A stretch of 64,000 nucleotides of DNA. Source: Candidatus Methylacidiphilales bacterium. GTDB lineage: Bacteria > Verrucomicrobiota > Verrucomicrobiia > Methylacidiphilales > JAAUTS01. Below the pieces are notes generated by a model, which worked only from the letters and a program-made list of their open reading frames with translations, had not been told where the DNA came from and did no database searches. The stretch spans positions 68,465 to 132,464 of the forward strand of contig JAQTNW010000001.1 of the NCBI GenBank assembly GCA_028713655.1. The letters are read 5' to 3'. Shown in pieces: positions 18,398 through 27,602 of this stretch (position 1 is the stretch's first letter; every line of letters begins with the position of its first letter). A program made the translations under genes and the position numbers.

Positions 18398-18988
18398 ATG
18401 AATCGATTGTCATCAGAACTTCTCGATCAAGCCTTGCGCCTCACCGCAACAAGGCTCGATCAGCTTGCGGCTCCGCAGGAAGTGCTGGTCGTTTGTGGCG
18501 GTTCCGCTTTGCTCGCCCTGGGTCTCGTGGGCCGCACAACGAAGGATGTAGATGTGCTCGCCGGAGTGGATGCCACGGCAGGACTTGTTGATCCGCGACC
18601 TCTATCGCCTACGTTGCGTGCCGTCGTTGATGAGGTTGGTTCCCAGCTTGATTTGACACCCGGCTGGCTGAATGCCGGGCCAGCCGACCAAGTGCTTATG
18701 GGCTTGCCGGAGGGTTTCCTCTCCCGACTGATCCGTCGTGACTACGGAGCGAAACTCATCATCTACTACCCCGATCGTTTTGATCTCATCCATCTCAAGC
18801 TTTTCGCAGTGATTGATCAGGGGCCGGGTCGGCATGTTTCCGACCTCCTTAAGCTCACACCTTCTGACAACGAACTGCTCGCCGCCGCCCGATGGGTGCT
18901 CACTCAGGACAGCGGAGAAACCTTTCCGTTGCTCGTCAAAGATGCCCTCAACCAACTTGGATTCTCCCATGTTGCCAGCCAACTTTAA
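18398..18988 (+). CDS. nucleotidyltransferase-fold-like hypothetical protein
   Basis: 196 aa. VVCGGSALLALGLVGRTTKDVDVL resembles the minimal NTase G-[GS]-x9-12-D-x-D signature. Overlaps the next ORF by 20 nt. Confidence 0.5.
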   Translation: MNRLSSELLDQALRLTATRLDQLAAPQEVLVVCGGSALLALGLVGRTTKDVDVLAGVDATAGLVDPRPLSPTLRAVVDEVGSQLDLTPGWLNAGPADQVLMGLPEGFLSRLIRRDYGAKLIIYYPDRFDLIHLKLFAVIDQGPGRHVSDLLKLTPSDNELLAAARWVLTQDSGETFPLLVKDALNQLGFSHVASQL

Positions 18989-20033
18989 TGCGCAGCTCAT
19001 CGAAAGCCTGATTGACTGGCTATGGCGGTCGTGGAACTCCCTCGGCGTCTCCGGCCACGGCGACCCAGCCCGTACTGACCGGGTGATTGATCCTGAGAGC
19101 CTGTTGTTGGCCAGCACGGTATGGGCGCGTTACGACCCCCGCTTGTTTGATGAAATGCTCGATTGGCTTTGCCTGTATGGCTCCCTCATCAACCTCCAGC
19201 GCCTTCGCAATCTCCACCGCAACGGTCTGGGAGACAGCGCCGTGCTGTCAGCGGTTGCCGCCGTGGTGCAGGAACATTCACAGCAAACTAAATGGAAAGT
19301 TCTCATCGGCAAACATGCACCATCGCAAAAACCCCTCCCGCTCTTTCTCAGCATCAATGGCAAAAATGCCACTTGGGGCAGACCCGATCCGCTCTTTGCC
19401 GCGCAGGGCTTTCATCGCGGCAGAATAGAATTGCGCCAGATGAGCCAGGCGCCCTCTCCCCAGCGCGCGCAGAATCTCTGGCTGAAGCTTCGCGGCCTCT
19501 TCGGCACCAGTACTCGTGCCGAAATTATGTTGCAACTGCTCAGCAGCGGTCCCGCCACTGCTGGTGAGATTGCCCGTCGCAGCGGCTTCACAGCGCGTTC
19601 CATTCTCGTCACCTTGCGGGAGATGGCCCAGTCCGGCCACATTTATGAGCCGCCACGTCCGGCCCGCAACCGTCCGCAACGGGGCCAAGCTCCAGCAGCT
19701 CGCACTCGCGGTCCTTCACTCGCCTATGCCTTGCGGCCTGAGGAGTGGTGCTTCCTGCGCACATGGCCAGAGCCTCCCGGTTTCCCAACGCTCAAGTTTT
19801 CCGCCCCGTTGTTGCACCTTTGCCAGCATCTGCTACAAAGTCTCGAATCCCAGAAGCCTGAAATGTTCGCCCACATGCAATCCATACTCATCAGCGAAGC
19901 CATCTCCGGATCGCTGAAAGACATCCAACGCAATGGCCTTAGCGGTGACTATGGACTGCCCCCGCATCTTCCCGGCGACAGTTTGCTTCCTACCCTTGCC
20001 GAACGGCTTCCTGCCGCTATCGCCAGTCTTTAA
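18969..20033 (+). CDS. hypothetical protein with central winged-helix (ArsR-like) DNA-binding region
   Basis: Track ORF 18813..20033 trimmed to the ATG at 18969 (MLPANFNAQLIESL...). wHTH-like segment RAEIMLQLLSSGPATAGEIARRSGFTARSILVTLREMAQSGHI. Confidence 0.5.
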   Translation: MLPANFNAQLIESLIDWLWRSWNSLGVSGHGDPARTDRVIDPESLLLASTVWARYDPRLFDEMLDWLCLYGSLINLQRLRNLHRNGLGDSAVLSAVAAVVQEHSQQTKWKVLIGKHAPSQKPLPLFLSINGKNATWGRPDPLFAAQGFHRGRIELRQMSQAPSPQRAQNLWLKLRGLFGTSTRAEIMLQLLSSGPATAGEIARRSGFTARSILVTLREMAQSGHIYEPPRPARNRPQRGQAPAARTRGPSLAYALRPEEWCFLRTWPEPPGFPTLKFSAPLLHLCQHLLQSLESQKPEMFAHMQSILISEAISGSLKDIQRNGLSGDYGLPPHLPGDSLLPTLAERLPAAIASL

Positions 20034-20285
20034 TGCCATAGGACTGGTTGCTGGTGAAGAACAGAGCATCGTGAAAATGGGCGCCATTTTCACATGGCCT
20101 AAAAGCCATCAAACGAATCCTCCGCAACGCAAGGTTGCTCCGGGTATGTTCATCGACCCCATTTGGAATCTCGGCCTCGATGTCAATGGTGACCTTAACT
20201 TTGGCCCCGAGCTTTGGCACTTGGTGGCACTTTATGACACTGCTTGGCCCAACCGATAGGACCCCCACAGGGGGAATACAGAGAT

Positions 20286-20307
20286 AAGTGGTTGCGGGGG
20301 CAGGATT
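20286..20307. repeat. 22-nt relic identical to the tRNA-Met 3' end plus flank
   Basis: aagtggttgcgggggcaggatt is identical to 47665-47686. Confidence 0.7.
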
Positions 20308-20444
20308 GATCTTTCCGCTGCGCGGAACGCTCTGCCAGATGGCTTCGCAATGGCAGAAAGTCGTTTACACGACTCGCAGTGAACCGAGGTTCAAATCAAT
20401 GTTAAAATTCGCTGTGCGAAGGGCAATCCCAAAGGATTTTGGGA

Positions 20445-20491
20445 TTGCGGGGGCAGGATTTGAACCTGCTGCCTTCAGGTTATGAGCCTGA
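20445..20491. repeat. attL-like 47-bp direct repeat (copy of the 3' part of tRNA-Met)
   Basis: ttgcgggggcaggatttgaacctgctgccttcaggttatgagcctga matches 47671-47717 with one mismatch (t at 20470 versus g). Confidence 0.85.
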
Positions 20492-20541
20492 TAATTTACT
20501 CTGTTACTTGACAATCTGGACAAAATCTGGATAATTCTGAC

Positions 20542-21837
20542 ATGGCAAAATCAGTCTCTCGAAACGGTGTAAAAATTTTTAAAGATGGCGATGGAAAGGG
20601 CACGGAATTCTGGCGCGTACGGCTTGGCAAGAAATTCACAGGTGTTGCCGCTATCCGTAAGAGCTTCCGCACCCAGGCTGAAGCCAACAAGTTTGTTCAG
20701 GATCAGGAAGCTCCAAAAATACTGCACGGTTCCTCCTATTTTACCCTGACGCCCAAGCAACTTGCCGATGCTCGGGAAGCCCTGGAAGTTCTCACTGACG
20801 AGACCTCATTAGTAGCGGCTGCCGCGTATTGGAAACGGCATGCCCGCCCTGCGGGAGGCATTAAAACGTTTGCTGAAATCAGAACGGAATTCTATCGCAG
20901 CCGTGAGGCCAGTGGCTGCAAGAAAACCACCCTTCGGCAGTATAAGTCTTCACTCAACATCATTTGTGAGACCTTTGGAGAAAAGAAGCTCAGTGAATTG
21001 AGGCCTGAAACTATTGAGGAATGGTTGGCAGAATCAGAATGGGAACCTAAGACCAGACGCAATTATCTCACGGATATGAATGCAGTCCTAAACTGGGCTG
21101 TCAGCCGAAAATATTGTGCAGAAAATCCTGCCGCCTCGATTCCAAAACCAAAACTTACAGACATCACTCCGGGTATACTGACTCCCGAACAGGCAAAGAC
21201 ACTCTTGCAGGCAGCAGCATCGTGCATGCCCGAAATGATTCCCGGCATTGCTCTTGGGCTATTTGCTGGCCTACGCCGATCAGAAATTTGCGCCCTAAAT
21301 TGGGGTAATATACGTTTCCGCTACGTCATTAAAAACGCTGAGTTCCCCAACGGACAGACTCTGGAAAAACTGCCGTCCACAGGAACGCATTCCGTTGTTT
21401 CGTATGGAAGTATTGAAATTTCTGGAGTAGTGGCAAAAAATCGGCAGCGTCGAACCGTTCCGATGTGTCCCAATTTACGGACTTGGCTTATGCCTTTTAG
21501 AAAAGAAACAGGCCAAGTAGCACCAGACCTTGATGCGTATGGGGAAAAATTAAAGCATTTGGTGCGGGGAAGGCCTGCAACCCCAAATGACCCCGGAAGG
21601 CCTGCTGTGGTTGAGCCGTGGCCGCATAACGCCCTGCGGCATAGCTTTGGGAGTTATCGGTTGGCACTGACCCAGGACCAAAATCTGGTCGCATTGGAAA
21701 TGGGGAATTCGCCTGCCATGATCCATTCTCATTACAAAGATTTGGTTGAGGAACCCGCCCTGAGTCAGTACTGGGCCATAGTTCCTCCTGCAGGGGCGAA
21801 AAGCTCCCGTCGTGGGCAAAAGGCAAGCCAGCCATAA
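20542..21837 (+). CDS. tyrosine-type site-specific integrase
   Basis: 431 aa. C-terminal catalytic region with GLRRSEICAL, HNALRHSFGSY and MIHSHYKDL (R..HxxR..Y pattern). Starts 50 nt from attL. Confidence 0.85.
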   Translation: MAKSVSRNGVKIFKDGDGKGTEFWRVRLGKKFTGVAAIRKSFRTQAEANKFVQDQEAPKILHGSSYFTLTPKQLADAREALEVLTDETSLVAAAAYWKRHARPAGGIKTFAEIRTEFYRSREASGCKKTTLRQYKSSLNIICETFGEKKLSELRPETIEEWLAESEWEPKTRRNYLTDMNAVLNWAVSRKYCAENPAASIPKPKLTDITPGILTPEQAKTLLQAAASCMPEMIPGIALGLFAGLRRSEICALNWGNIRFRYVIKNAEFPNGQTLEKLPSTGTHSVVSYGSIEISGVVAKNRQRRTVPMCPNLRTWLMPFRKETGQVAPDLDAYGEKLKHLVRGRPATPNDPGRPAVVEPWPHNALRHSFGSYRLALTQDQNLVALEMGNSPAMIHSHYKDLVEEPALSQYWAIVPPAGAKSSRRGQKASQP

Positions 21838-22175
21838 GGGAAACCCGGCTTAGCCGGGGATAGCTTGCCTTTTGCCACGTTATATCCAATCACGACGATA
21901 CCGTGTTGCCGCAGGCAAGCCCGGTATGGTCGTGGTTATTTTGAGGCAACCCAGACACGATGCCGAGGACGCATAGCGAAGGGCTCGCTTTGGAGCCGCA
22001 GCGTAGCGCCGGAGGCTTGGTGTCGGTTGCAGGGGTATCCATGTCCTCTCATTTCTGTGAGGTAACACGCCTCCCTTGACCTGTTCCTCGTTTTTCTCCA
22101 ATCTAACGAAAAGAAGTAATTACTTTGAGGAATTCGTTCCATTCATTAGTAAGAGCCTCTTAACAGGCATATAAT

Positions 22176-24344
22176 ATGAGACTTAGATCATTTCGCGTAT
22201 GTGGGTTTCGCTGCATCAAGGATTCCGGATGGATCGAAGTTAGGAATTTGGTTGCCCTTGTTGGTCGAAACGAAAGCGGGAAAACTGCCCTCCTGCAATC
22301 CTTATTGCTATTGAATAAGGACACTAAAATTCAACCGGAAGACCTTACAGATGGGTTAGAGCCGGATCAATTTGAAGAAAATGAGTTTCCAAATGTAATT
22401 GATGCCAAATTTGTTTTTTCCGACCAAGAAAAGGATGAGATCAAAAAAGCATTTCCAGAATTTCCTGCGCTAGCAGAAATTAATATCTACAGGTCACATG
22501 ACGACGCAAAACCGCAATATGGACAGCTATCGCAAGAATTACCTGATGTTGTTTCTATAAACACGGAAACTGTTGCAGCAATAAAACCGCATATTGAAGC
22601 GGCTAAACAGCTTCTTGCTGCACCTACTGCAGATTTGGCTCTATCTACCTCAAAATTGCAAGGAACAGATAGCCAAAAACTGGATGCCTTAAAAAAGGGA
22701 TTGAAGAGTTTGTCTGAGTTACAAACAAAACCCAATTTAAAATTACAAGAAGATGTGACCTCCGGCCTGACATGGCTACTTTCACTGGAAGGACTTATTC
22801 CTGCAACCCTGACAATCATTCAAACTCTATCTGATGGATTAAATTCTCTACATAAGAAGGAAAGGGGTGAAGAAGCGTTCTTCAATTTCATCGAAGCCAA
22901 ATTTCACCCCAGTTTCGTTTACTTCTCCTCTTACAAAGCAATCCATGGGAATGTCAGGCTCTCAGATTACACCACAGATGTAGCTGATGGGACGACACTC
23001 AAATTGGATACAGGAGAATCATTAGATCGCAAAGAGACTGTCGATAACCTTTTTTACCTGGCCGATCTTGATCCCAAAAAATTGTCTGATGTAGCCCCAA
23101 GTCCTACGAAGCGAAGTAAATATTTAGGTGATTGCGCAAGAAATCTTACCAAAGAAATTCAGCGTGGATGGATTGGTGAAGGCGCAAAAATTGAATGCGA
23201 CCTTGACTACAGTGATGATATTTTAACAGTCAAAATTATCAATGTTAACGACGATGGAACTAGAAGCAACCAACAGCTTTTACAAAGACGTAGTGAGGGA
23301 TTTCGTTGGCAGTTTTCCTTTCAAGTCAACTTCAAAGCAGAAACAAAAAAATCTGCTTTAAAAGAAGCCATTATTCTTTTGGACGAGCCCGGTCTGCATT
23401 TGCACCCCGCCCAACAAGAAGGACTTCTCAAAATCATTCAAGAATTGGCGAATGACAACCAAATTATCTACACCACACATTCGCCGTTTATGATTTTTGA
23501 TTACACAGCAGGCAGCCTGCTGTTGGTTGAGATAGACCGGGCAACCAAGTTGAGTAAAGTTACCTCCGAATTTTGGAATGGGTCAACAGACGCCTTGCTT
23601 CCTGTGTTACATTCTTTGGGCGCAAAATTCGTTAGGGGATTGACTGAAAAGAGTGATTTTGCCCAATTATTGCCGCCAGTACTAGTGGTTGAAGGAACGA
23701 CAGACTACAAATATATCAAGGCCGTAAATTACCTGTTTAAATTGCAACAAGTGGATGGGACTGCGGATCGAAATGTTTTGGATCTAGATATCATTCCTGC
23801 AAACGGCTCTTCGGCAATACGTCCAACCGCGTTGTTTCACCAGAGGCTAGGTCATCGCGTGATTGCACTGTTTGATAAAGAGCCAGATGCCGAAAAGCAG
23901 GCTGAAGAGTTGAAGAAAGAAGGATTTCCAGCGGAAAATATTGTTTTTATACCGGTCGCCGACCACAAATCTGAGGCTGATATAGAAGATTTATTTCCCG
24001 AAGGAGATTATCTTAAGCATCTGAATGAGTTTTATAAAAACACGCTTCTACATGCGCGTTACCAAATTTTAGGAAAAGATGATCTAAAAAAAGTGCGTAA
24101 TTCGGATGTAAAACTTATACGAACTGTCTTAGCTGTTGAGGCTGCTTGGAAAGTCAAAGGCACACCTCAATGGGGAACGTTTTCAAAAGCGGATGTCTGT
24201 GACAAAATTTGCACAGATATTTTGCAAAACAAGTCTTTAACTGAAAATCCGTTGAAGGCCTTTAATGACCTATTCGGACATATCCGCAAGGCTTTAGGAC
24301 TATCTGTTTTTGAAATCACCTCACCCAAGGACAAGGCAAAATAA
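22176..24344 (+). CDS. ABC-type ATPase fused to a TOPRIM-like nuclease domain (OLD family / fused PARIS AriA-AriB-like)
   Basis: 722 aa. Walker A GRNESGKT, a ~280-aa helical insertion, signature-like RRSEGFRWQFSF, Walker B ILLDEPGLHLHP and TTHSP. C-terminal TOPRIM-like VLVVEGTTDYKY and ALFDKEPD. Confidence 0.7.
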   Translation: MRLRSFRVCGFRCIKDSGWIEVRNLVALVGRNESGKTALLQSLLLLNKDTKIQPEDLTDGLEPDQFEENEFPNVIDAKFVFSDQEKDEIKKAFPEFPALAEINIYRSHDDAKPQYGQLSQELPDVVSINTETVAAIKPHIEAAKQLLAAPTADLALSTSKLQGTDSQKLDALKKGLKSLSELQTKPNLKLQEDVTSGLTWLLSLEGLIPATLTIIQTLSDGLNSLHKKERGEEAFFNFIEAKFHPSFVYFSSYKAIHGNVRLSDYTTDVADGTTLKLDTGESLDRKETVDNLFYLADLDPKKLSDVAPSPTKRSKYLGDCARNLTKEIQRGWIGEGAKIECDLDYSDDILTVKIINVNDDGTRSNQQLLQRRSEGFRWQFSFQVNFKAETKKSALKEAIILLDEPGLHLHPAQQEGLLKIIQELANDNQIIYTTHSPFMIFDYTAGSLLLVEIDRATKLSKVTSEFWNGSTDALLPVLHSLGAKFVRGLTEKSDFAQLLPPVLVVEGTTDYKYIKAVNYLFKLQQVDGTADRNVLDLDIIPANGSSAIRPTALFHQRLGHRVIALFDKEPDAEKQAEELKKEGFPAENIVFIPVADHKSEADIEDLFPEGDYLKHLNEFYKNTLLHARYQILGKDDLKKVRNSDVKLIRTVLAVEAAWKVKGTPQWGTFSKADVCDKICTDILQNKSLTENPLKAFNDLFGHIRKALGLSVFEITSPKDKAK

Positions 24345-24445
24345 TGCCTACGTTGAATTGGATTGGCAGAAAAAAGACTGTGTTAAATAGCCTATAAGCC
24401 CCAAGGCTGTTTATGTCTCTCATGGCCATTTCTGGATATCTGCAA

Positions 24446-25171
24446 TTACAAATAAACCTCGCGCAACTTTGCTTCGTCTTGAAGGTCTGAGGCAAGCCCG
24501 GTGAAAGAGACTGAGCCGTTACGTAGAACGTAAACACGATTTGCGATTTTCAGGACTTCGCGAACTTTCTGCTCTACGATTAATACGGTGACGCCTTGTT
24601 CTTGGCTGATTGTTTTAATGTGCTCCAATGCTTCGGAGACCAGTGGCGGGGCTAGTCCCAGCGAAGGCTCATCCAGAAGCAACAGTCGAGGCGAAGTTAC
24701 AAGTCCGCTGGCCAGGGCGAGCATTTGCTTTTCGCCTCCGGAGAGAGTCCCTGCCCGCTGGTTAAAAAGCTCGCGCAGAGACGGGAACCAAGCAAGTGCC
24801 TTCTCCATCCCTTCACTTCTCTCATTTTTGCTTGGTAACGTGTTGCCAGCTACTTCGATATTTTCTTTAACCGTCAGGTCTGTGAAGACGCGATTGCCTT
24901 GGGGAACATAGGCAATGCCTTGCAAAAGTAGTTCGCGAGGATTAGGCGACAGTATTGTTTTACCTTCAAAACTAAACTGCCCTCTCCACATTGGAATGAT
25001 TCCGAAAACTGCTTTTAGCAAAGTAGATTTCCCCGCACCATTGTGACCAATCAATGTGACGATTTCCGCCGTAGCAACTTCCAACGAAATCCCGTTGAGA
25101 ATTTGTTTCTTCCCATAACCGGCTACCAGGTCCTTGACGCCTAAAATGATATTGTTGCTTTCAGCTGACAT
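24446..25171 (-). CDS. ABC transporter ATP-binding protein (LivF-like)
   Basis: Track ORF trimmed to the ATG at 25171 (MSAESNNIILGVKDL...). Walker A GHNGAGKST, signature LSGGEKQML, Walker B LLLLDEPS. Overlaps the upstream ATPase gene. Confidence 0.85.
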   Translation of the reverse strand: MSAESNNIILGVKDLVAGYGKKQILNGISLEVATAEIVTLIGHNGAGKSTLLKAVFGIIPMWRGQFSFEGKTILSPNPRELLLQGIAYVPQGNRVFTDLTVKENIEVAGNTLPSKNERSEGMEKALAWFPSLRELFNQRAGTLSGGEKQMLALASGLVTSPRLLLLDEPSLGLAPPLVSEALEHIKTISQEQGVTVLIVEQKVREVLKIANRVYVLRNGSVSFTGLASDLQDEAKLREVYL

Positions 25172-25907
25172 AGGCTTCGATGATTTCGGGTAGCTCAAGG
25201 ACTTCAGACGGCTTTCCTTGGGCGATGATCTTGCCTTCGTCCATGACAATGACATGGTCTGCCAGTTTGCGTACAAAGGCGATGTCGTGCTCAATAAAAA
25301 TGATTTGCTTACCCATATCGCGAAGCTGGCTGAGTAAATTCAGGATTTTTGAAATCATCTCCGGGTGAACGCCTGCAATCGGTTCATCCAATAGAAGAAT
25401 TTGTGCATCCGTTGCCAGACAACAGGTCAGAGTTAAAAGCTTTTGCTGCCCGTACGAAAGCTCGCCAGCCAATTCTTCAGCCTTGTCCTTTAGACCCACA
25501 AAATCTAGTAGCTTGAAAGCCGCTTCACGGTTAGACTCCTCCTCCTCGGCAACACCGAAGCGAAATAAAGCAGATAGCAATCGTTCACCTTTCTGTTTCG
25601 GCCGGGCCAGAAGCACATTCTCCAACACGGAGACTTGGGAAATCAGCCGAAGGTCTTGAAACGTGCGGACAATGCCAAGACGCGCGATCCTGTGCGGGGC
25701 CAGCCTGGTTAGATTCTGTTCACCGAGAAAGAATTGACCTGACTCAGCACGAAGAAACCCAGTGAGCACGTTAATGAGGGTTGTTTTCCCCGCGCCGTTT
25801 GGTCCTATGATCGCAACGATACCACTCGATGGGAATTCAACGCTGAGCTTTGCCAGCGCTTGAGTTCCGTCAAATGATTTTTTCAAGTTTTCGCAACGCA
25901 GAATCAT
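25161..25907 (-). CDS. ABC transporter ATP-binding protein (LivG-like)
   Basis: 248 aa. Walker A GPNGAGKTT, signature LSYGQQKLL, Walker B ILLLDEPIAG. Confidence 0.85.
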   Translation of the reverse strand: MILRCENLKKSFDGTQALAKLSVEFPSSGIVAIIGPNGAGKTTLINVLTGFLRAESGQFFLGEQNLTRLAPHRIARLGIVRTFQDLRLISQVSVLENVLLARPKQKGERLLSALFRFGVAEEEESNREAAFKLLDFVGLKDKAEELAGELSYGQQKLLTLTCCLATDAQILLLDEPIAGVHPEMISKILNLLSQLRDMGKQIIFIEHDIAFVRKLADHVIVMDEGKIIAQGKPSEVLELPEIIEAYVS

Positions 25908-26782
25908 TTGCTAAATCCATATTTTCCGACAAGTCCGCGTGGGCGAAACATCATCATGATGACCAGCAGACTGCCGTAAATTATCTGGCGCAAATTGGCG
26001 GCTAAGGCGCTTGGCAATCCAATGAAGCGTAACGCTTCCGGCAACGTAACCAAAATGATCGCCCCGACCAACGGCCCCCACAAACTGCCTGCACCGCCGA
26101 TGATTACCATTGAGATAATCAGGATGGAATCCATTACCGTGAAACTAGTGGGATCGATGTAAGTGATGTAATGCGCGTAAAGACTGCCAGCAGAAGCTGC
26201 CAATGCCGCACATACCGCAAAGGCAGTGACTTTGAAGTAGAGCGTGTTCTTGCCATGTGCTTGGGCGAAAACTTCATCCTGCCGAATAGCGTGAAGCACC
26301 CGGCCAAACGGACTGCTCGTGATGCGCCAAACAATAAAATAGGCAATGAATGCAAAGGCAACAGACAGAATCAGGAAGTCCAGATGTGAAGTTACATGCC
26401 AGCCGAAGATAACCGGTTGTGGGATACCCGGAATGCCTAGTGGCCCGTGCGTCACATTCATCCAGTTGTTAAAAATACTGAAAAGAATCATCTGAAACCC
26501 GAACGTCGCGATGACGAAATAATCGTCATGTAACCGCAATGAAGGCAGCGAAACAATGAGTGAAATCAGAACCGCTACCGCCATACCTGCCAGAACTCCA
26601 ACCAAGAATGGGGCTGCAAGTTGTACAGCAAGCAATGCTGAAGTGTACGCTCCCAAACCGTAAAAAGCTGCCTGAGAAAGAGAAAGCAGCCCGGAGTTTC
26701 CTGCCAAAAGATCGAGCGAAATGGCCAGCACAGTGAAGATGGAGGCAAGGACAAGAATGTGAAGGAGGTAATCCATTAACAA
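25904..26782 (-). CDS. branched-chain-amino-acid-type ABC transporter permease (LivM-like)
   Basis: 292-aa polytopic membrane protein. LivM/BPD_transp_2-like composition and operon context. Confidence 0.8.
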   Translation of the reverse strand: MLMDYLLHILVLASIFTVLAISLDLLAGNSGLLSLSQAAFYGLGAYTSALLAVQLAAPFLVGVLAGMAVAVLISLIVSLPSLRLHDDYFVIATFGFQMILFSIFNNWMNVTHGPLGIPGIPQPVIFGWHVTSHLDFLILSVAFAFIAYFIVWRITSSPFGRVLHAIRQDEVFAQAHGKNTLYFKVTAFAVCAALAASAGSLYAHYITYIDPTSFTVMDSILIISMVIIGGAGSLWGPLVGAIILVTLPEALRFIGLPSALAANLRQIIYGSLLVIMMMFRPRGLVGKYGFSK

Positions 26783-26797
26783 GGTTTCCTTGCCATT

Positions 26798-27595
26798 TTA
26801 GGAGTTGCCTTGCTTTCGTGCAACAACGACTAGGTATTTCCAATCTAATACTTTTGGATAAATTAATTCAACGTTATGGCCAAACTTTGTCGAGGAAAGC
26901 CATGTCTGAACGTCATGTTGATCAAATAGTGAATACTCTAAAGTGGAACGGGAAATGACGGCTCTTGGCTCAGGCGCCATACGCTTAATCCGATAGTTAA
27001 CATGTTGTTTGCCCTTAGTATAACAATACGAACAGAAATCTTCCAACGCCAACCTCTCTCCGGCTTGCTCGAATTCCCCCAACCATCGCCATATCTCGGC
27101 AGGACGTCCGGTTTCATACAGACGGTTTTGTGAGTCCCGTTCCCAGAATCGCATATCAAAGCAGAAAACTCCATTTGGAGTTAATATATTATAGATTTGT
27201 GTAAACACTGCAGGAATATCAATGGGTTCCAGGTGAGGTAATGCGTGCCCCAAAATAAAGACAAAATCAAATTTTTTTACTCCAAAACTGCTAAACTCTT
27301 GCCATTGGCATGGAGCATGAAGATTATCTTTGTTAATGTTTGGATCGTTTAAAGCGATCTCCATCATTTTGTGCGAACCATCGACTCCGGTGGCATCAAC
27401 TTTCGCTTCGTTTAGCAGCATTTTTAGCACGTCACCTGTACCACAAGCCGCATCAAGAATCTTTGGATTTTCGGTCTGGTTGAAACGTCTTAGAAGCTCC
27501 TTAATAAGCATAAACTGCTTTGAAAAGTGATCCCTTCCTCCAGCCAGTTTTCGATAATACACAGCTATTTCTGCATAGGCATCGTCGTTACGCAT
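26798..27595 (-). CDS. class I SAM-dependent methyltransferase
   Basis: 265 aa. Motif I ILDAACGTGDV and post-I/II segments (VDGSHKMM, FDFVFILGHALPHL). Lies between the two permease genes. Confidence 0.75.
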   Translation of the reverse strand: MRNDDAYAEIAVYYRKLAGGRDHFSKQFMLIKELLRRFNQTENPKILDAACGTGDVLKMLLNEAKVDATGVDGSHKMMEIALNDPNINKDNLHAPCQWQEFSSFGVKKFDFVFILGHALPHLEPIDIPAVFTQIYNILTPNGVFCFDMRFWERDSQNRLYETGRPAEIWRWLGEFEQAGERLALEDFCSYCYTKGKQHVNYRIKRMAPEPRAVISRSTLEYSLFDQHDVQTWLSSTKFGHNVELIYPKVLDWKYLVVVARKQGNS

Positions 27596-27602
27596 GGGAA
27601 TA

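Noticed and set aside
18813-18968. Upstream extension of the wHTH ORF to 18813
   Set aside because: It would overlap 176 nt of the preceding NTase-like gene in another frame. The ATG at 18969 gives a conventional short overlap.
20308-20444. Possible degenerate tRNA (agtcg-tttacac-cgact stem-loop and a ggttcaaatc T-loop-like word) between the tRNA relic and attL
   Set aside because: No acceptor stem, D arm or paired T stem can be drawn. It is most likely decayed sequence.
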